NCBI GenBank assembly: GCA_937863385.1
Contig: CALMBW010000003.1
Span: 62,300 to 86,299 of the forward strand
Direction: 5' to 3'
From: an uncultured Actinomycetes bacterium
GTDB lineage: Bacteria > Actinomycetota > CADDZG01 > WHSQ01
Length of the DNA stretch: 24,000 bases
The notes under the pieces are model-generated. The model ran no database searches and was not told the origin of the DNA. It worked only from the letters and a program-made list of their open reading frames with translations. Below, piece by piece: positions 1 through 8,332 of the stretch (position 1 is its first letter; the number at the start of each line of letters is the position of its first letter). Both the position numbers and the translations under genes were made by a program.

Positions 1-1510
1 CAGGGTCTTCGACCAGCTCGCCCTGGCCGCCGAACGACCTCATCATCTCGTCATATCGGATCCCCGGTGCCAGATCCGCCACCACGTCATAGCCGTACAG
101 ACCTCGCATCGGATGCTTCTCCAGTGCCCAGATCCCGTTGTTGCCCACCACGCACACGACCGGCAGCTTGTAGCGACACAACGTCTCGAGCTCGCTCGCC
201 GAGAAACCGATGGCTCCGTCGCCGTACATGATCACCACTTGCCGGTCGGGGTAGGCGTGGCGCGCGGCCAGGGCATAGCCCGGGCCGATTCCCAGACATC
301 CGTAGGGGCCGGGATCCAGCCAGCATCCAGGCTCGAAGCTGGGCACCTCCTTGCCGGCATAGCTGACGAAGTCCCCACCGTCTCCGATCACGATCGCATC
401 TCTGTCCAACAAGGGAACGAGCTCGCCGTAGATGCGCATCGGGTGGATGGGTTTGGAATCGTTCGCTAGATCGGTGGCCACTTTGCCAGCCTTGGCGACT
501 TCTTCTTCACGCAGCAACGAGACCCAGTCGTCGGTTTGCGGCTTGCCCTCGAAAGCATCGTCGATCGCCCTGAGTGCGACGCCGGCAGCCGCTTTCATGC
601 CTGCGGCCAGGTCGACGTGTTGAGCAGGGCCGGCAGAGTAGATGTGCACGACCTTCGCTCCGAAGGCGAAGTTCTGGCCGAAGCCGAGCCTGAAATCCAA
701 GGGCGTACCGGCCACGATCACGAGATCCGCACCTGCCATCGCCTTACCGCGGCTTCGCGAGAAGGCCAGCGGATGGTCCGCTGCCAGACAGCCGCGCCCT
801 TGTCCGTTCATGTAAACGGGAACACCCGCGTGCTCGGCCAGCGAGCGCAGAGCCTCTTCGCCTCGCTCGCTCCAGACGTTGGATCCGGCGATGATGATCG
901 GGCGCTCGGCTGCTTCGATCATCTTCGCGATCTCTTGAGCCGACGACTCGGCCTCGCCGTCCAGCTTGTGCGTCACTTCCTGCGGAGCAGGGATCACGAT
1001 CTCGGCTTGATTGAAAAGAACATCGAGCGGGAAATCCAGGAACCGGGGACCGGCGGGGGCACTGAGCGCGTCGGCTGCAGCGGCGAGCACCCCGGCAGCG
1101 ACCTCTTCGGTTGAAGTGATCGTCTTTGCAGGCGCTATGGGATCGACGAATGGGACGTGATCCATCTCCTGGAGACTGCCTTGACCCCAGCGGAACATCG
1201 GGGCCCTTCCGGCTAACACCAACACCGACGCATCGTTGAATGCTGCCTGCGCGAGTGGGCTCATCGCGTTGGTGACACCTGGTCCGGCAGTCACCGCTGC
1301 GACGCCGAGCTCGCGCTTGAGTCTGGCCCAGGCCTCGGCCGCGAACACCGCGTTCTGTTCGTGGCGAACGTCGACGAGCTCGATCTCGTCTTTCACGCAG
1401 CCATCGAAGATAGGAAAGATGTGACCACCCGAGAGGGTGAACACCTTGGAAACCCCGAGAGCCTTCAGGGCTCCCGAAACGGCTTGACCACCATGTCCCT
1501 GTTCGCTCAT
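1..1510 (-). CDS. Thiamine-diphosphate-dependent enzyme, acetolactate synthase large-subunit family (3' end outside window)
   Basis: The minus-strand frame is open from ATG 1510..1508 to the window edge, so it is absent from the ORF track. My translation starts MSEQGHGGQAVSGALKALGVSKVFTLSGGHIFPIFDG. It contains GPGVTNAMSPLAQA and the ThDP motif GDGAIGFSASELETLCRYKLPVVCVVGNN (GDG-x24-NN). It ends ...RYDEMMRSFGGQGELVEDP at the edge. No clear SD precedes the ATG. Confidence 0.85.
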   Translation of the reverse strand, partial: MSEQGHGGQAVSGALKALGVSKVFTLSGGHIFPIFDGCVKDEIELVDVRHEQNAVFAAEAWARLKRELGVAAVTAGPGVTNAMSPLAQAAFNDASVLVLAGRAPMFRWGQGSLQEMDHVPFVDPIAPAKTITSTEEVAAGVLAAAADALSAPAGPRFLDFPLDVLFNQAEIVIPAPQEVTHKLDGEAESSAQEIAKMIEAAERPIIIAGSNVWSERGEEALRSLAEHAGVPVYMNGQGRGCLAADHPLAFSRSRGKAMAGADLVIVAGTPLDFRLGFGQNFAFGAKVVHIYSAGPAQHVDLAAGMKAAAGVALRAIDDAFEGKPQTDDWVSLLREEEVAKAGKVATDLANDSKPIHPMRIYGELVPLLDRDAIVIGDGGDFVSYAGKEVPSFEPGCWLDPGPYGCLGIGPGYALAARHAYPDRQVVIMYGDGAIGFSASELETLCRYKLPVVCVVGNNGIWALEKHPMRGLYGYDVVADLAPGIRYDEMMRSFGGQGELVEDP

Positions 1511-1532
1511 CAAGGGAGATTACAGGGTCGGC

Positions 1533-1778
1533 TTACTCCCCCACGTTCTGGCGGCGCGTCTGGGTATCGCCGATCGATGAGGTCTCGGAGGAAGTCCTTC
1601 GGATGGCATCATCATGCTCGTGGTCGAAAGCGGCGGGATCGTTCTGACGCTGATCCGATGCCTCCAACTGGCCTGCAGCCATCCGGCGAGCGCCTTCGAT
1701 GTCCCCGGGCTCCAGCCCGTTCTCATCGTGGTTGCGCAACAGCTTCTGTGCGAGTGCTTCGACGCGGTCCGCGCTCAA
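1533..1778 (-). CDS. Hypothetical small acidic protein (81 aa)
   Basis: ORF-track entry. The start codon is TTG, preceded by a strong SD (TAGGAGGACCC-TTG), 30 nt after the korB stop. Third-position GC is consistent with its neighbours. I recognise no domain. Confidence 0.5.
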   Translation of the reverse strand: MSADRVEALAQKLLRNHDENGLEPGDIEGARRMAAGQLEASDQRQNDPAAFDHEHDDAIRRTSSETSSIGDTQTRRQNVGE

Positions 1779-1808
1779 GGGTCCTCCTATGGGTTGAGAT
1801 GCCCGATC

Positions 1809-2879
1809 TCAGTTGCTGGACGCACCGACCTGCCAGGTGTCACCGGACTCCAGAAGCCGCGTGAGGTCTCCGGGACCTTGCTCGCTGGCCGCTCGGCGTA
1901 GCTGCGCCTCCATCCCGTCCCCGTACACCGGACGCTCGACGTCTCTGAAGATGCCGAGGGGGGTCGGCGTGGTGGGTCCGTTCGCCAAACGAGACAGAGC
2001 GAATGCAAGACCGGGATCGTCGCGGTGCTCGTCGTGGACCAACAGGGCCGGCTCGCCGACATCCTTGATGTCGACTATCGCAAGACTTCCGTCTGGCTTC
2101 ATCATCACACCGCGTTCGGCGTCATCGCCGAATCGGATCGGCTTCCCATGCTCGAGGTAGATGCGGTTGGCACCCGCGCCGCCCTTACTCGTGAGAGCTA
2201 TGAACGCTCCGTCGTTGAAGATGTTGCAGTTCTGATAGATCTCGACGAATGCGGAGCCCCGATGTGCCGCCGCACGCCTCAGGATTGCCGGGAGTTGCTT
2301 GCGCTCGATGTCCATCGTGCGAGCGACGAAAGCTGCTTCGGCGCCCAGCGCCAGCGAAACGGGGTTGAAAGGCCGCTCCAAGGACCCGAAAGGCGTCGAC
2401 TTCGTTACCTTCCCTTGCTCGGAGGTCGGTGAGTACTGCCCCTTGGTGAGGCCGTAGATCTGGTTGTTGAACATCAGGATCTTGATGTTCACGTTGCGCC
2501 TGAGAGCGTGGATCAGATGGTTCCCACCGATCGAGAGACCATCGCCGTCCCCCGTGACGACCCAGACCGTCAGGTCGGGCCGAGCCGTCGCCAAGCCCGT
2601 CGCGATGGCCGGGGCGCGCCCGTGGATGCTGTGCATCCCGTAGGTGTTCATGTAGTAGGGAAAACGCGACGAACACCCGATCCCCGATATGAAAACCATC
2701 TTCTCGCGGGGGATGCCGAGCTCGGGCATGATGCCCTGGACCGCACTGAGGATGGCGTAGTCACCGCAGCCCGGGCACCAACGAACCTCTTGGTCCGACG
2801 CGAAGTCGGCACGGGTCAAGGTCGTGACGGGACCCGACCCTTCGGTAACGCCTCTTTCGTTCATGACCTCATCGCTCAT
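1809..2879 (-). CDS. korB: 2-oxoacid (2-oxoglutarate):ferredoxin oxidoreductase, beta subunit
   Basis: 356 aa. It has the N-terminal RWCPGCGDYAIL cysteine motif and the ThDP motif GDGDGLSIGGNHLIHALRRNVNIKILMFNN. Its ATG directly abuts the korA stop (TAGATG). Confidence 0.92.
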   Translation of the reverse strand: MSDEVMNERGVTEGSGPVTTLTRADFASDQEVRWCPGCGDYAILSAVQGIMPELGIPREKMVFISGIGCSSRFPYYMNTYGMHSIHGRAPAIATGLATARPDLTVWVVTGDGDGLSIGGNHLIHALRRNVNIKILMFNNQIYGLTKGQYSPTSEQGKVTKSTPFGSLERPFNPVSLALGAEAAFVARTMDIERKQLPAILRRAAAHRGSAFVEIYQNCNIFNDGAFIALTSKGGAGANRIYLEHGKPIRFGDDAERGVMMKPDGSLAIVDIKDVGEPALLVHDEHRDDPGLAFALSRLANGPTTPTPLGIFRDVERPVYGDGMEAQLRRAASEQGPGDLTRLLESGDTWQVGASSN

Positions 2880-4751
2880 CTAGACCAACTCCAGTAGGTG
2901 TTCTTCGAGTTCCCCGGCTCTGAAGGGAAGGCCCTTCATCTTGTTGATCGAGATCGAATCGATCATGAACTCACTGCGGATCAACTTGGACAACTGGCCC
3001 ATGTTCATCTCGGGTATGACGATCGTGTCGAAGCGCCGTAGGACCTGCTCGGTGTTCTTCGGGAACGGGTTCAAGTGCTTGAGATGTGCTCGCGCGATCT
3101 TCTTCCCGCGGAGCCGGAGCCGCCGGCAAGCGGCACCGATCGCACCGTAGGTCGATCCCCAGCCCAGCACCAACACCTTTGCGCCTTCGTCGGCATCGAA
3201 CTCGAGTGGATCGATGTCTTCCTCGATCGCTTTCACTTTGGCTTGACGCAGCAAGGTCATGTAGTGGTGGTTGTCGGGGTCATAGGAGATGTTTCCGGTG
3301 CCGTCGGCGTGCTCGAGCCCGCCGATCCGGTGCTGGAGCCCCGCGGTTCCGGGGATCGCCCAGGGCCGGGCCAGGGTGTCGTCGTCTCGCAGGTAGGGCC
3401 AGAAATCGTCGCCCACGTTCGGTTGGCTGGCGAATCGGGTCGAGATGTCGGGCAGCTTCTCGACGCTGGGGATGCGCCACGGCTCGGCCCCGTTCGCCAG
3501 GTAACCGTCGGAAAGCAAGATGACCGGTGTCATGTACTTGATGGCCAGCCGCGCAGCTTCGATCGCCGCCCAGAAGCACGACGGAGGCGAGTAGGCGGCA
3601 ACGATCGGCAGCGGTGACTCACCGTGACGTCCATACATGGCGTGCATGAGGTCACTCTGTTCGGTCTTGGTGGGGAGTCCCGTCGAAGGACCACCACGCT
3701 GGATGTTCACGACAACGAGTGGCAACTCGAGCTGAAGAGCGAGCCCGATCGCCTCTGACTTCAGGTCGAGACCGGGGCCCGACGTTGTGGTCACACCGAG
3801 ATGCCCGCCGAAGGATGCTCCGATCGCCATCGTCACTGCCGCGATCTCGTCCTCGGCCTGGACCGTCCTTACGCCGAAGTTCTTGTGACGTGACAGCTCG
3901 TGGAGGATGTCGGATGCAGGGGTGATGGGGTAGCTACCAAGGAACAGGGGCAACTTCGACTGCACGCTCGCTGCGATCAGCCCGAAAGCAAGCGCTTGGT
4001 TCCCGGTGACGCGACGGTACCTACCCGGCGCCAGAACCGCAGGCTTCACCTCGAACGCTACGAGCTCTGCCGTCTCACCGAAAGCGTGCCCGGCCTTGAG
4101 GCACGCGATATTCGCCTGCGCGATGTTCGGCTTCTTGGCGAACTTCTTCTCGAGCCACGCGATGGTCGATTCGAGGGGACGGGAGTACATCCAGCAGATG
4201 ACGCCGAGGGCGAACATGTTCTTCGAACGTTCGGCTTCCTTCTTGTTGACGTCGAAGTCCTTGACCGCCTCGATCGTCATCTTCGTCATCGGGATCTTGT
4301 AGACCTGATAGCTGTCCAGGCTTCCGTCTTCGAGTGGGTCGGTCGCGTATCCGGCCTTGTCGAGGTTCTTGCGCTCGAATGCGTCGGAGTTGAGGATCAG
4401 GAGTCCACCCGAAATGAGGTCCTTGAGGTTTGCCTTCAGGGCCGCAGGGTTCATGGCTACCAACACACCCGGCTGGTCACCCGGGGTGAGGATGTCGTGA
4501 TCCGAGAAGTGGATCTGGAAGGCCGAAACGCCGGGCAGGGTTCCGGCCGGAGCACGGATCTCGGCAGGGAAATCGGGAAGGGTCGACAGGTCGTTGCCGA
4601 AGAACGCGCTGGCGCTCGTGAATCGCTCGCCGGTGAGCTGCATCCCGTCACCCGAATCTCCGGCGAACCGGATGACTACGCGGTCAACCTCTGTGCGCTC
4701 GATCTTGCTGGAGCCATCCGGAGCCATCCGGGTGCTCAATGTGTGGCCCAC
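2880..4751 (-). CDS. korA: 2-oxoacid (2-oxoglutarate):ferredoxin oxidoreductase, alpha subunit
   Basis: 623 aa. It contains VIRFAGDSGDGMQLTG, typical of actinobacterial KorA, and its size and pairing with korB fit. The track start is GTG at 4751 with an SD-like AGAGAGG immediately adjacent. A TTG four codons downstream, or ATG at codon 9, are alternative starts. Confidence 0.92.
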   Translation of the reverse strand: MGHTLSTRMAPDGSSKIERTEVDRVVIRFAGDSGDGMQLTGERFTSASAFFGNDLSTLPDFPAEIRAPAGTLPGVSAFQIHFSDHDILTPGDQPGVLVAMNPAALKANLKDLISGGLLILNSDAFERKNLDKAGYATDPLEDGSLDSYQVYKIPMTKMTIEAVKDFDVNKKEAERSKNMFALGVICWMYSRPLESTIAWLEKKFAKKPNIAQANIACLKAGHAFGETAELVAFEVKPAVLAPGRYRRVTGNQALAFGLIAASVQSKLPLFLGSYPITPASDILHELSRHKNFGVRTVQAEDEIAAVTMAIGASFGGHLGVTTTSGPGLDLKSEAIGLALQLELPLVVVNIQRGGPSTGLPTKTEQSDLMHAMYGRHGESPLPIVAAYSPPSCFWAAIEAARLAIKYMTPVILLSDGYLANGAEPWRIPSVEKLPDISTRFASQPNVGDDFWPYLRDDDTLARPWAIPGTAGLQHRIGGLEHADGTGNISYDPDNHHYMTLLRQAKVKAIEEDIDPLEFDADEGAKVLVLGWGSTYGAIGAACRRLRLRGKKIARAHLKHLNPFPKNTEQVLRRFDTIVIPEMNMGQLSKLIRSEFMIDSISINKMKGLPFRAGELEEHLLELV

Positions 4752-4812
4752 CCTCTCTTGGTTCCAAGAAACGACGATCGCCGCCGCTCGTGGATACCGA
4801 TGATACGACCTG

Positions 4813-5064
4813 CTACCCGGATATCGGCCAGGCTTTCCCCGCGATCACATCGTCGATCGCGAATAGGGACATCTCGCCCCGGCGGTTCACCACACTGACC
4901 ACTCCGTCGGCAACCGATGCGACCATCCCGACGGCCTCAGAGGATGGATGCTCGGGATCGTCGTGCAATCGATAACGAACTGAGATCTTGCGGCCTATCA
5001 GGGCCTTGAAGGTTGCCTCACTTGCGCCCTCGAGCCGCGTTCCGGGTTGATCGGGTGTCGGCAT
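4813..5064 (-). CDS. Hypothetical 83-aa protein; resembles the SH3-like N-terminal module found on some actinobacterial GNAT acetyltransferases
   Basis: ORF-track entry. The pattern LIGRKISVRYRL...EAVGMVASV.DGVVSVVNRRGE...I..DDVIAGKAWP recalls the domain, from memory only. There is no SD, and the ATG lies 11 nt after a strong hairpin. Confidence 0.45.
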   Translation of the reverse strand: MPTPDQPGTRLEGASEATFKALIGRKISVRYRLHDDPEHPSSEAVGMVASVADGVVSVVNRRGEMSLFAIDDVIAGKAWPISG

Positions 5065-5075
5065 GTACTCGCGAG

Positions 5076-5097
5076 AGAGGCCCCCGAAGGGGCCTCT
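5076..5097 (-). terminator. GC-rich hairpin between fdxA and the downstream small ORF (intra-operon attenuator or terminator)
   Basis: Perfect 9-bp stem agaggcccc/ggggcctct with a 4-nt loop (UUCG on the minus-strand transcript). It begins 3 nt after the fdxA stop. No U-tract follows. Confidence 0.5.
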
Positions 5098-5100
5098 TGT

Positions 5101-5400
5101 CTACTCGGCTCGCTCTTCGGAGGGAGCGTAGGGGCTCTCCATGGCTCCTCCGGATGCGTCTGGATGGTCGACGAAGAACTGGGCATTGATCTGGGTGAAA
5201 TTCGCCCATTCCGCGGGAACGTTGTCGGCCGGGAAGATGGCGTCCACAGGGCAAGCAGGAAGGCAAGCGTCGCAGTCGACGCATTCCTCGGGGTGGATGA
5301 AGAGCTGCTCTTCGCCCTCGTAGATGCAGTCCACCGGGCATTCGTCGACGCACGCACGGTCTTTGACCCCGATGCATGGCTCTGCGATGACGTAGGTCAT
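5101..5400 (-). CDS. fdxA: 7Fe ferredoxin ([3Fe-4S][4Fe-4S])
   Basis: 99 aa with the classic N-terminus [29 protein letters not shown] (Cx7Cx3CP), plus [12 protein letters not shown] (CxxCxxCx3CP). A strong SD is present (ACAGGAGGAAACGG-ATG). Confidence 0.93.
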   Translation of the reverse strand: MTYVIAEPCIGVKDRACVDECPVDCIYEGEEQLFIHPEECVDCDACLPACPVDAIFPADNVPAEWANFTQINAQFFVDHPDASGGAMESPYAPSEERAE

Positions 5401-5522
5401 CCGTTTCCTCCTGTCGACCTAGATGCTTGCTTGATAACGGTTGGCCCGCGACGACGCGTGCCTTGTGCGTCCAGATGATACCCACCACCGGAGCATGTGA
5501 CCGGGCTTGTGCGCAAGTACTT

Positions 5523-6338
5523 CTACTGGTCCTTGAAGGCCTCCACCGCCGTCTTCTCCAGGAAATCGTACGCGCCGCTCTTTCGGCTTAAAGCGCCGGT
5601 GACGCTGTAGGGCATGACCTTGCTCATCCGCATGATGAGAGGAGCCACCAGCACCTCAGGCTCATCGCCTTCGATAGCCTCGATCGTCTTGCCGGCCACT
5701 TCCTGCGGCGACACCGGCTTCGCCAACCCGGGTGGCTTCTTGCCCTTGCTCCAATCTGAATACATGCCGGCATCAGAGACGAATCCTGGGCAGACCACCG
5801 AGACACCCACGCCCTTGTCGCGCAGTTCCTGATACAGCGACCATGAGAACCCGATCAGGGCGTGCTTGGAGGCCGAGTAGACCGAGTTGTAAGGAACGGC
5901 GAGCTTGCCGGCCATCGAAGCGATGTTGACGACGTGACCCTTGCTGCGCTCGACCATGCCGGGCAGCACGAGCCGCGTGAGCCACTGAGCCGAGATCACG
6001 TTGGTCTTCATGATCTGTTCGATCGCGTCGAAGTCGTACTCGTGGAAGGGGGCGTAACGTTCTACGCCCGCGTTGTTGACCAGCAGATCGATGGGGCCGA
6101 GGTCTGCAGTCGCTCGATCGACCAGGTTCTCAAGATCGGACCTGTTGGTCACATCGGTCGGGATGCAGACGACCTTGGTTGAGAAACGTTCGAGTCGCTT
6201 CGCGGTCGACTCGAGGTCTTCGGCGTTTCGAGCAGCAAGTGCAAGGTTCACACCTTTGGCTGCGAGCGCCTCTGCCAGGTAGACCCCGATCCCACGGGAC
6301 GCGCCCGTGAGGATCCCGGAGGTTCCCTTCAGTTCCAT
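5523..6338 (-). CDS. Short-chain dehydrogenase/reductase (classical SDR) family oxidoreductase
   Basis: 271 aa. It has the TGASRGIG cofactor motif, NNAG and the catalytic YSASKHAL (YxxxK). SD AGGGAG lies 6 nt upstream of the ATG. Confidence 0.9.
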   Translation of the reverse strand: MELKGTSGILTGASRGIGVYLAEALAAKGVNLALAARNAEDLESTAKRLERFSTKVVCIPTDVTNRSDLENLVDRATADLGPIDLLVNNAGVERYAPFHEYDFDAIEQIMKTNVISAQWLTRLVLPGMVERSKGHVVNIASMAGKLAVPYNSVYSASKHALIGFSWSLYQELRDKGVGVSVVCPGFVSDAGMYSDWSKGKKPPGLAKPVSPQEVAGKTIEAIEGDEPEVLVAPLIMRMSKVMPYSVTGALSRKSGAYDFLEKTAVEAFKDQ

Positions 6339-6568
6339 CCAGAACTCCCTATCTCGTGCGATACCTCGGCCAAGCTACCTCAGGAACCGAGCAGTCCAAG
6401 CTATGAGCTGGCCAAGGCGAGGATAGAGACAAGAAGGTTAGAGTCGATCTGCGTGCGAGGGCGCTCAGAACCGGAGATAACAATCAGCAAGTTGGGGGTT
6501 GGGGAACGGTGGTTGTTACTCGTTTCATGTTTGAGAGATTCACCAAGCCGAAATAGGCCGCCTTAGTA

Positions 6569-7459
6569 ATGAGATTCCTCATCTCAGTGATAGTCATAGT
6601 TGCCCCGCATCTTGTTGTTGTCGACGGGGCAGTTGCGGCCGCCGAGCAGCCACGCATCGTGATCGCTGGGTGTCCAGGCTTCTGTTCCGGGGATAGTGAG
6701 CTTTTCTTAGTTCGCCCTGACCTAGGAGAACGGAAACGTCTTACCTATAACGGCAGACATGATGGTGCACCGGCACTGTCGCCAAACGGGAAAAGGGTCG
6801 CCTACACGTGTGGCGGAAAGGGCGGCCATGGAGACATCTGCCTCCTGACTCTGAGGTCCGGGAAGACGGTGAGGATCACAAGCACTCCTCAACCTGACAA
6901 CTCCCCGACATGGTCCCCCGATGGCACGCAGATCGCGTTCGAGCGCGAGGTCGAGAGTGTTCCACAAGAGGTCGCGAACATGACGGAGATATACGTCATG
7001 GACGTAAACGGCGAGAACGTAACCCGGCTAACGGATGACGTCACCCTTGACGAGGCCCCTGAGTTTTCCCCAGATGGGAGCTCTCTCGTCTTCGTGAGCT
7101 ACTCGGATGGAGACAGTGAGATCACGACTCTGGATATCGAGAGCGGCGAGCGAAAGCAACTGACATCTAACGATGATCTGGACCGAGACCCGACCTGGTC
7201 GAGGAACGGCTCTCGAATCGCATGGGTCGTTGGAGATGGCGAACTGCACATCTACCTAATGAACGCAGATGGAAGCGACCCAGTGATCATCAGCGAACGC
7301 GACGCATACGGCCTGGACTGGGCAACCGACAGCGGCCGGATCGCGTTCACAGCGCTGGAGGGCGAGCGAGAGATCTTGAACATCCTGAAAGTCCAGGATG
7401 GATCAACAAAGGCAGTCGATCTAACCCGCTCTTGGTCCTACTTCCGGCCAGATTGGTGA
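6569..7459 (+). CDS. Secreted PD40/TolB-like beta-propeller repeat protein (paralogue 1)
   Basis: 296 aa with a hydrophobic N-terminus. It carries repeated PD40 blades: ALSPNGKRVAY, SPTWSPDGTQIAF, APEFSPDGSSLVF, DPTWSRNGSRIAW and LDWATDSGRIAF. No SD is evident. The gene is visibly more A/T-rich than its neighbours. Confidence 0.8.
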   Translation: MRFLISVIVIVAPHLVVVDGAVAAAEQPRIVIAGCPGFCSGDSELFLVRPDLGERKRLTYNGRHDGAPALSPNGKRVAYTCGGKGGHGDICLLTLRSGKTVRITSTPQPDNSPTWSPDGTQIAFEREVESVPQEVANMTEIYVMDVNGENVTRLTDDVTLDEAPEFSPDGSSLVFVSYSDGDSEITTLDIESGERKQLTSNDDLDRDPTWSRNGSRIAWVVGDGELHIYLMNADGSDPVIISERDAYGLDWATDSGRIAFTALEGEREILNILKVQDGSTKAVDLTRSWSYFRPDW

Positions 7460-7477
7460 GTTGCCCACTCGTCGCCC

Positions 7478-8332
7478 CTAGCCGAGCAGGCGGTAGCGCT
7501 TGGCTACTCGGTACTGGGCGTAGATCGCTAGGGCTGTGATCACGAACATGGACACCGCTATGGCCGAGGCATAGCCGAGCTTGAAGTATCTGAACGCCTG
7601 GCGGTAGGCGAACAGGGACAGGTAGGTGGTCGCGCGGCGGGGACCGCCATCGGTCAGGAAGAGCGCGGGAACGAAGCTCGTCTGTAACGCCAGAACGACG
7701 TCCCTCGCGGCAAGCAGCAAGATCACCGGTGCCATCATCGGTAACGTCACCTTGCGAGTGACGAACCATCCGGATGCGCCGTCCACCGAAGCCGAATCGT
7801 AGAGAGCTCCGGGTAGAGAACGGCGCGCCGCCAGAGCGATGACGAACCCCTCACCGATCTGGAACACGCCCATCATCACGATGGCGAGACGAGCTCCCCA
7901 CGGATCGGTCAGCAGGCTGGGCGTGTCGGCCCCCAGCGCCGCTGCGATCCCGGCCACGGGACCGTAGAGAGGATTCAGAAGCCACAGCCACAGCAGTGCG
8001 TATGCCGCATCGGGAACGACCGTGGGCATGTAAACCGCAGCACGAGCTGCCCCCGAGCCGCGCGCTCGTCGGTGAAGGAGCAACGCGCAACCGACCATGG
8101 CCGCGACGCGCAGAGGAACAGACATCAAGACGTAGAGACCCGAGTTGCCTAGAGCTTCTCGGAAGCCGCTGTCTCCGATCAGGCGTTCGAAGTTGTCGAT
8201 CCCCACGAAACGGGGGGCACCGAGACCCGAGTACTCCGTGAAGGCAAGTGCTGCCGCTGCCAGGGCGGGAAGAGCGATGAGCAGACCCAACCCTCCCAAG
8301 AAAGGGAACGCTAAACGGTCCGATCCCTTCAT
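7478..8332 (-). CDS. ABC transporter permease (carbohydrate-uptake MalF/UgpA-like)
   Basis: 284 aa and multi-TM, with an EAA-loop-like ALYDSASVDGASGWFVTRKVTLPMMAP. Its ATG overlaps the ATPase stop (ATGA). Confidence 0.87.
   Translation of the reverse strand: MKGSDRLAFPFLGGLGLLIALPALAAAALAFTEYSGLGAPRFVGIDNFERLIGDSGFREALGNSGLYVLMSVPLRVAAMVGCALLLHRRARGSGAARAAVYMPTVVPDAAYALLWLWLLNPLYGPVAGIAAALGADTPSLLTDPWGARLAIVMMGVFQIGEGFVIALAARRSLPGALYDSASVDGASGWFVTRKVTLPMMAPVILLLAARDVVLALQTSFVPALFLTDGGPRRATTYLSLFAYRQAFRYFKLGYASAIAVSMFVITALAIYAQYRVAKRYRLLG

Noticed and set aside
3900-4898. 332-aa plus-strand ORF
   Set aside because: Antisense shadow of korA. It also runs across the korA upstream spacer and into the small 83-aa ORF without any supporting signal.
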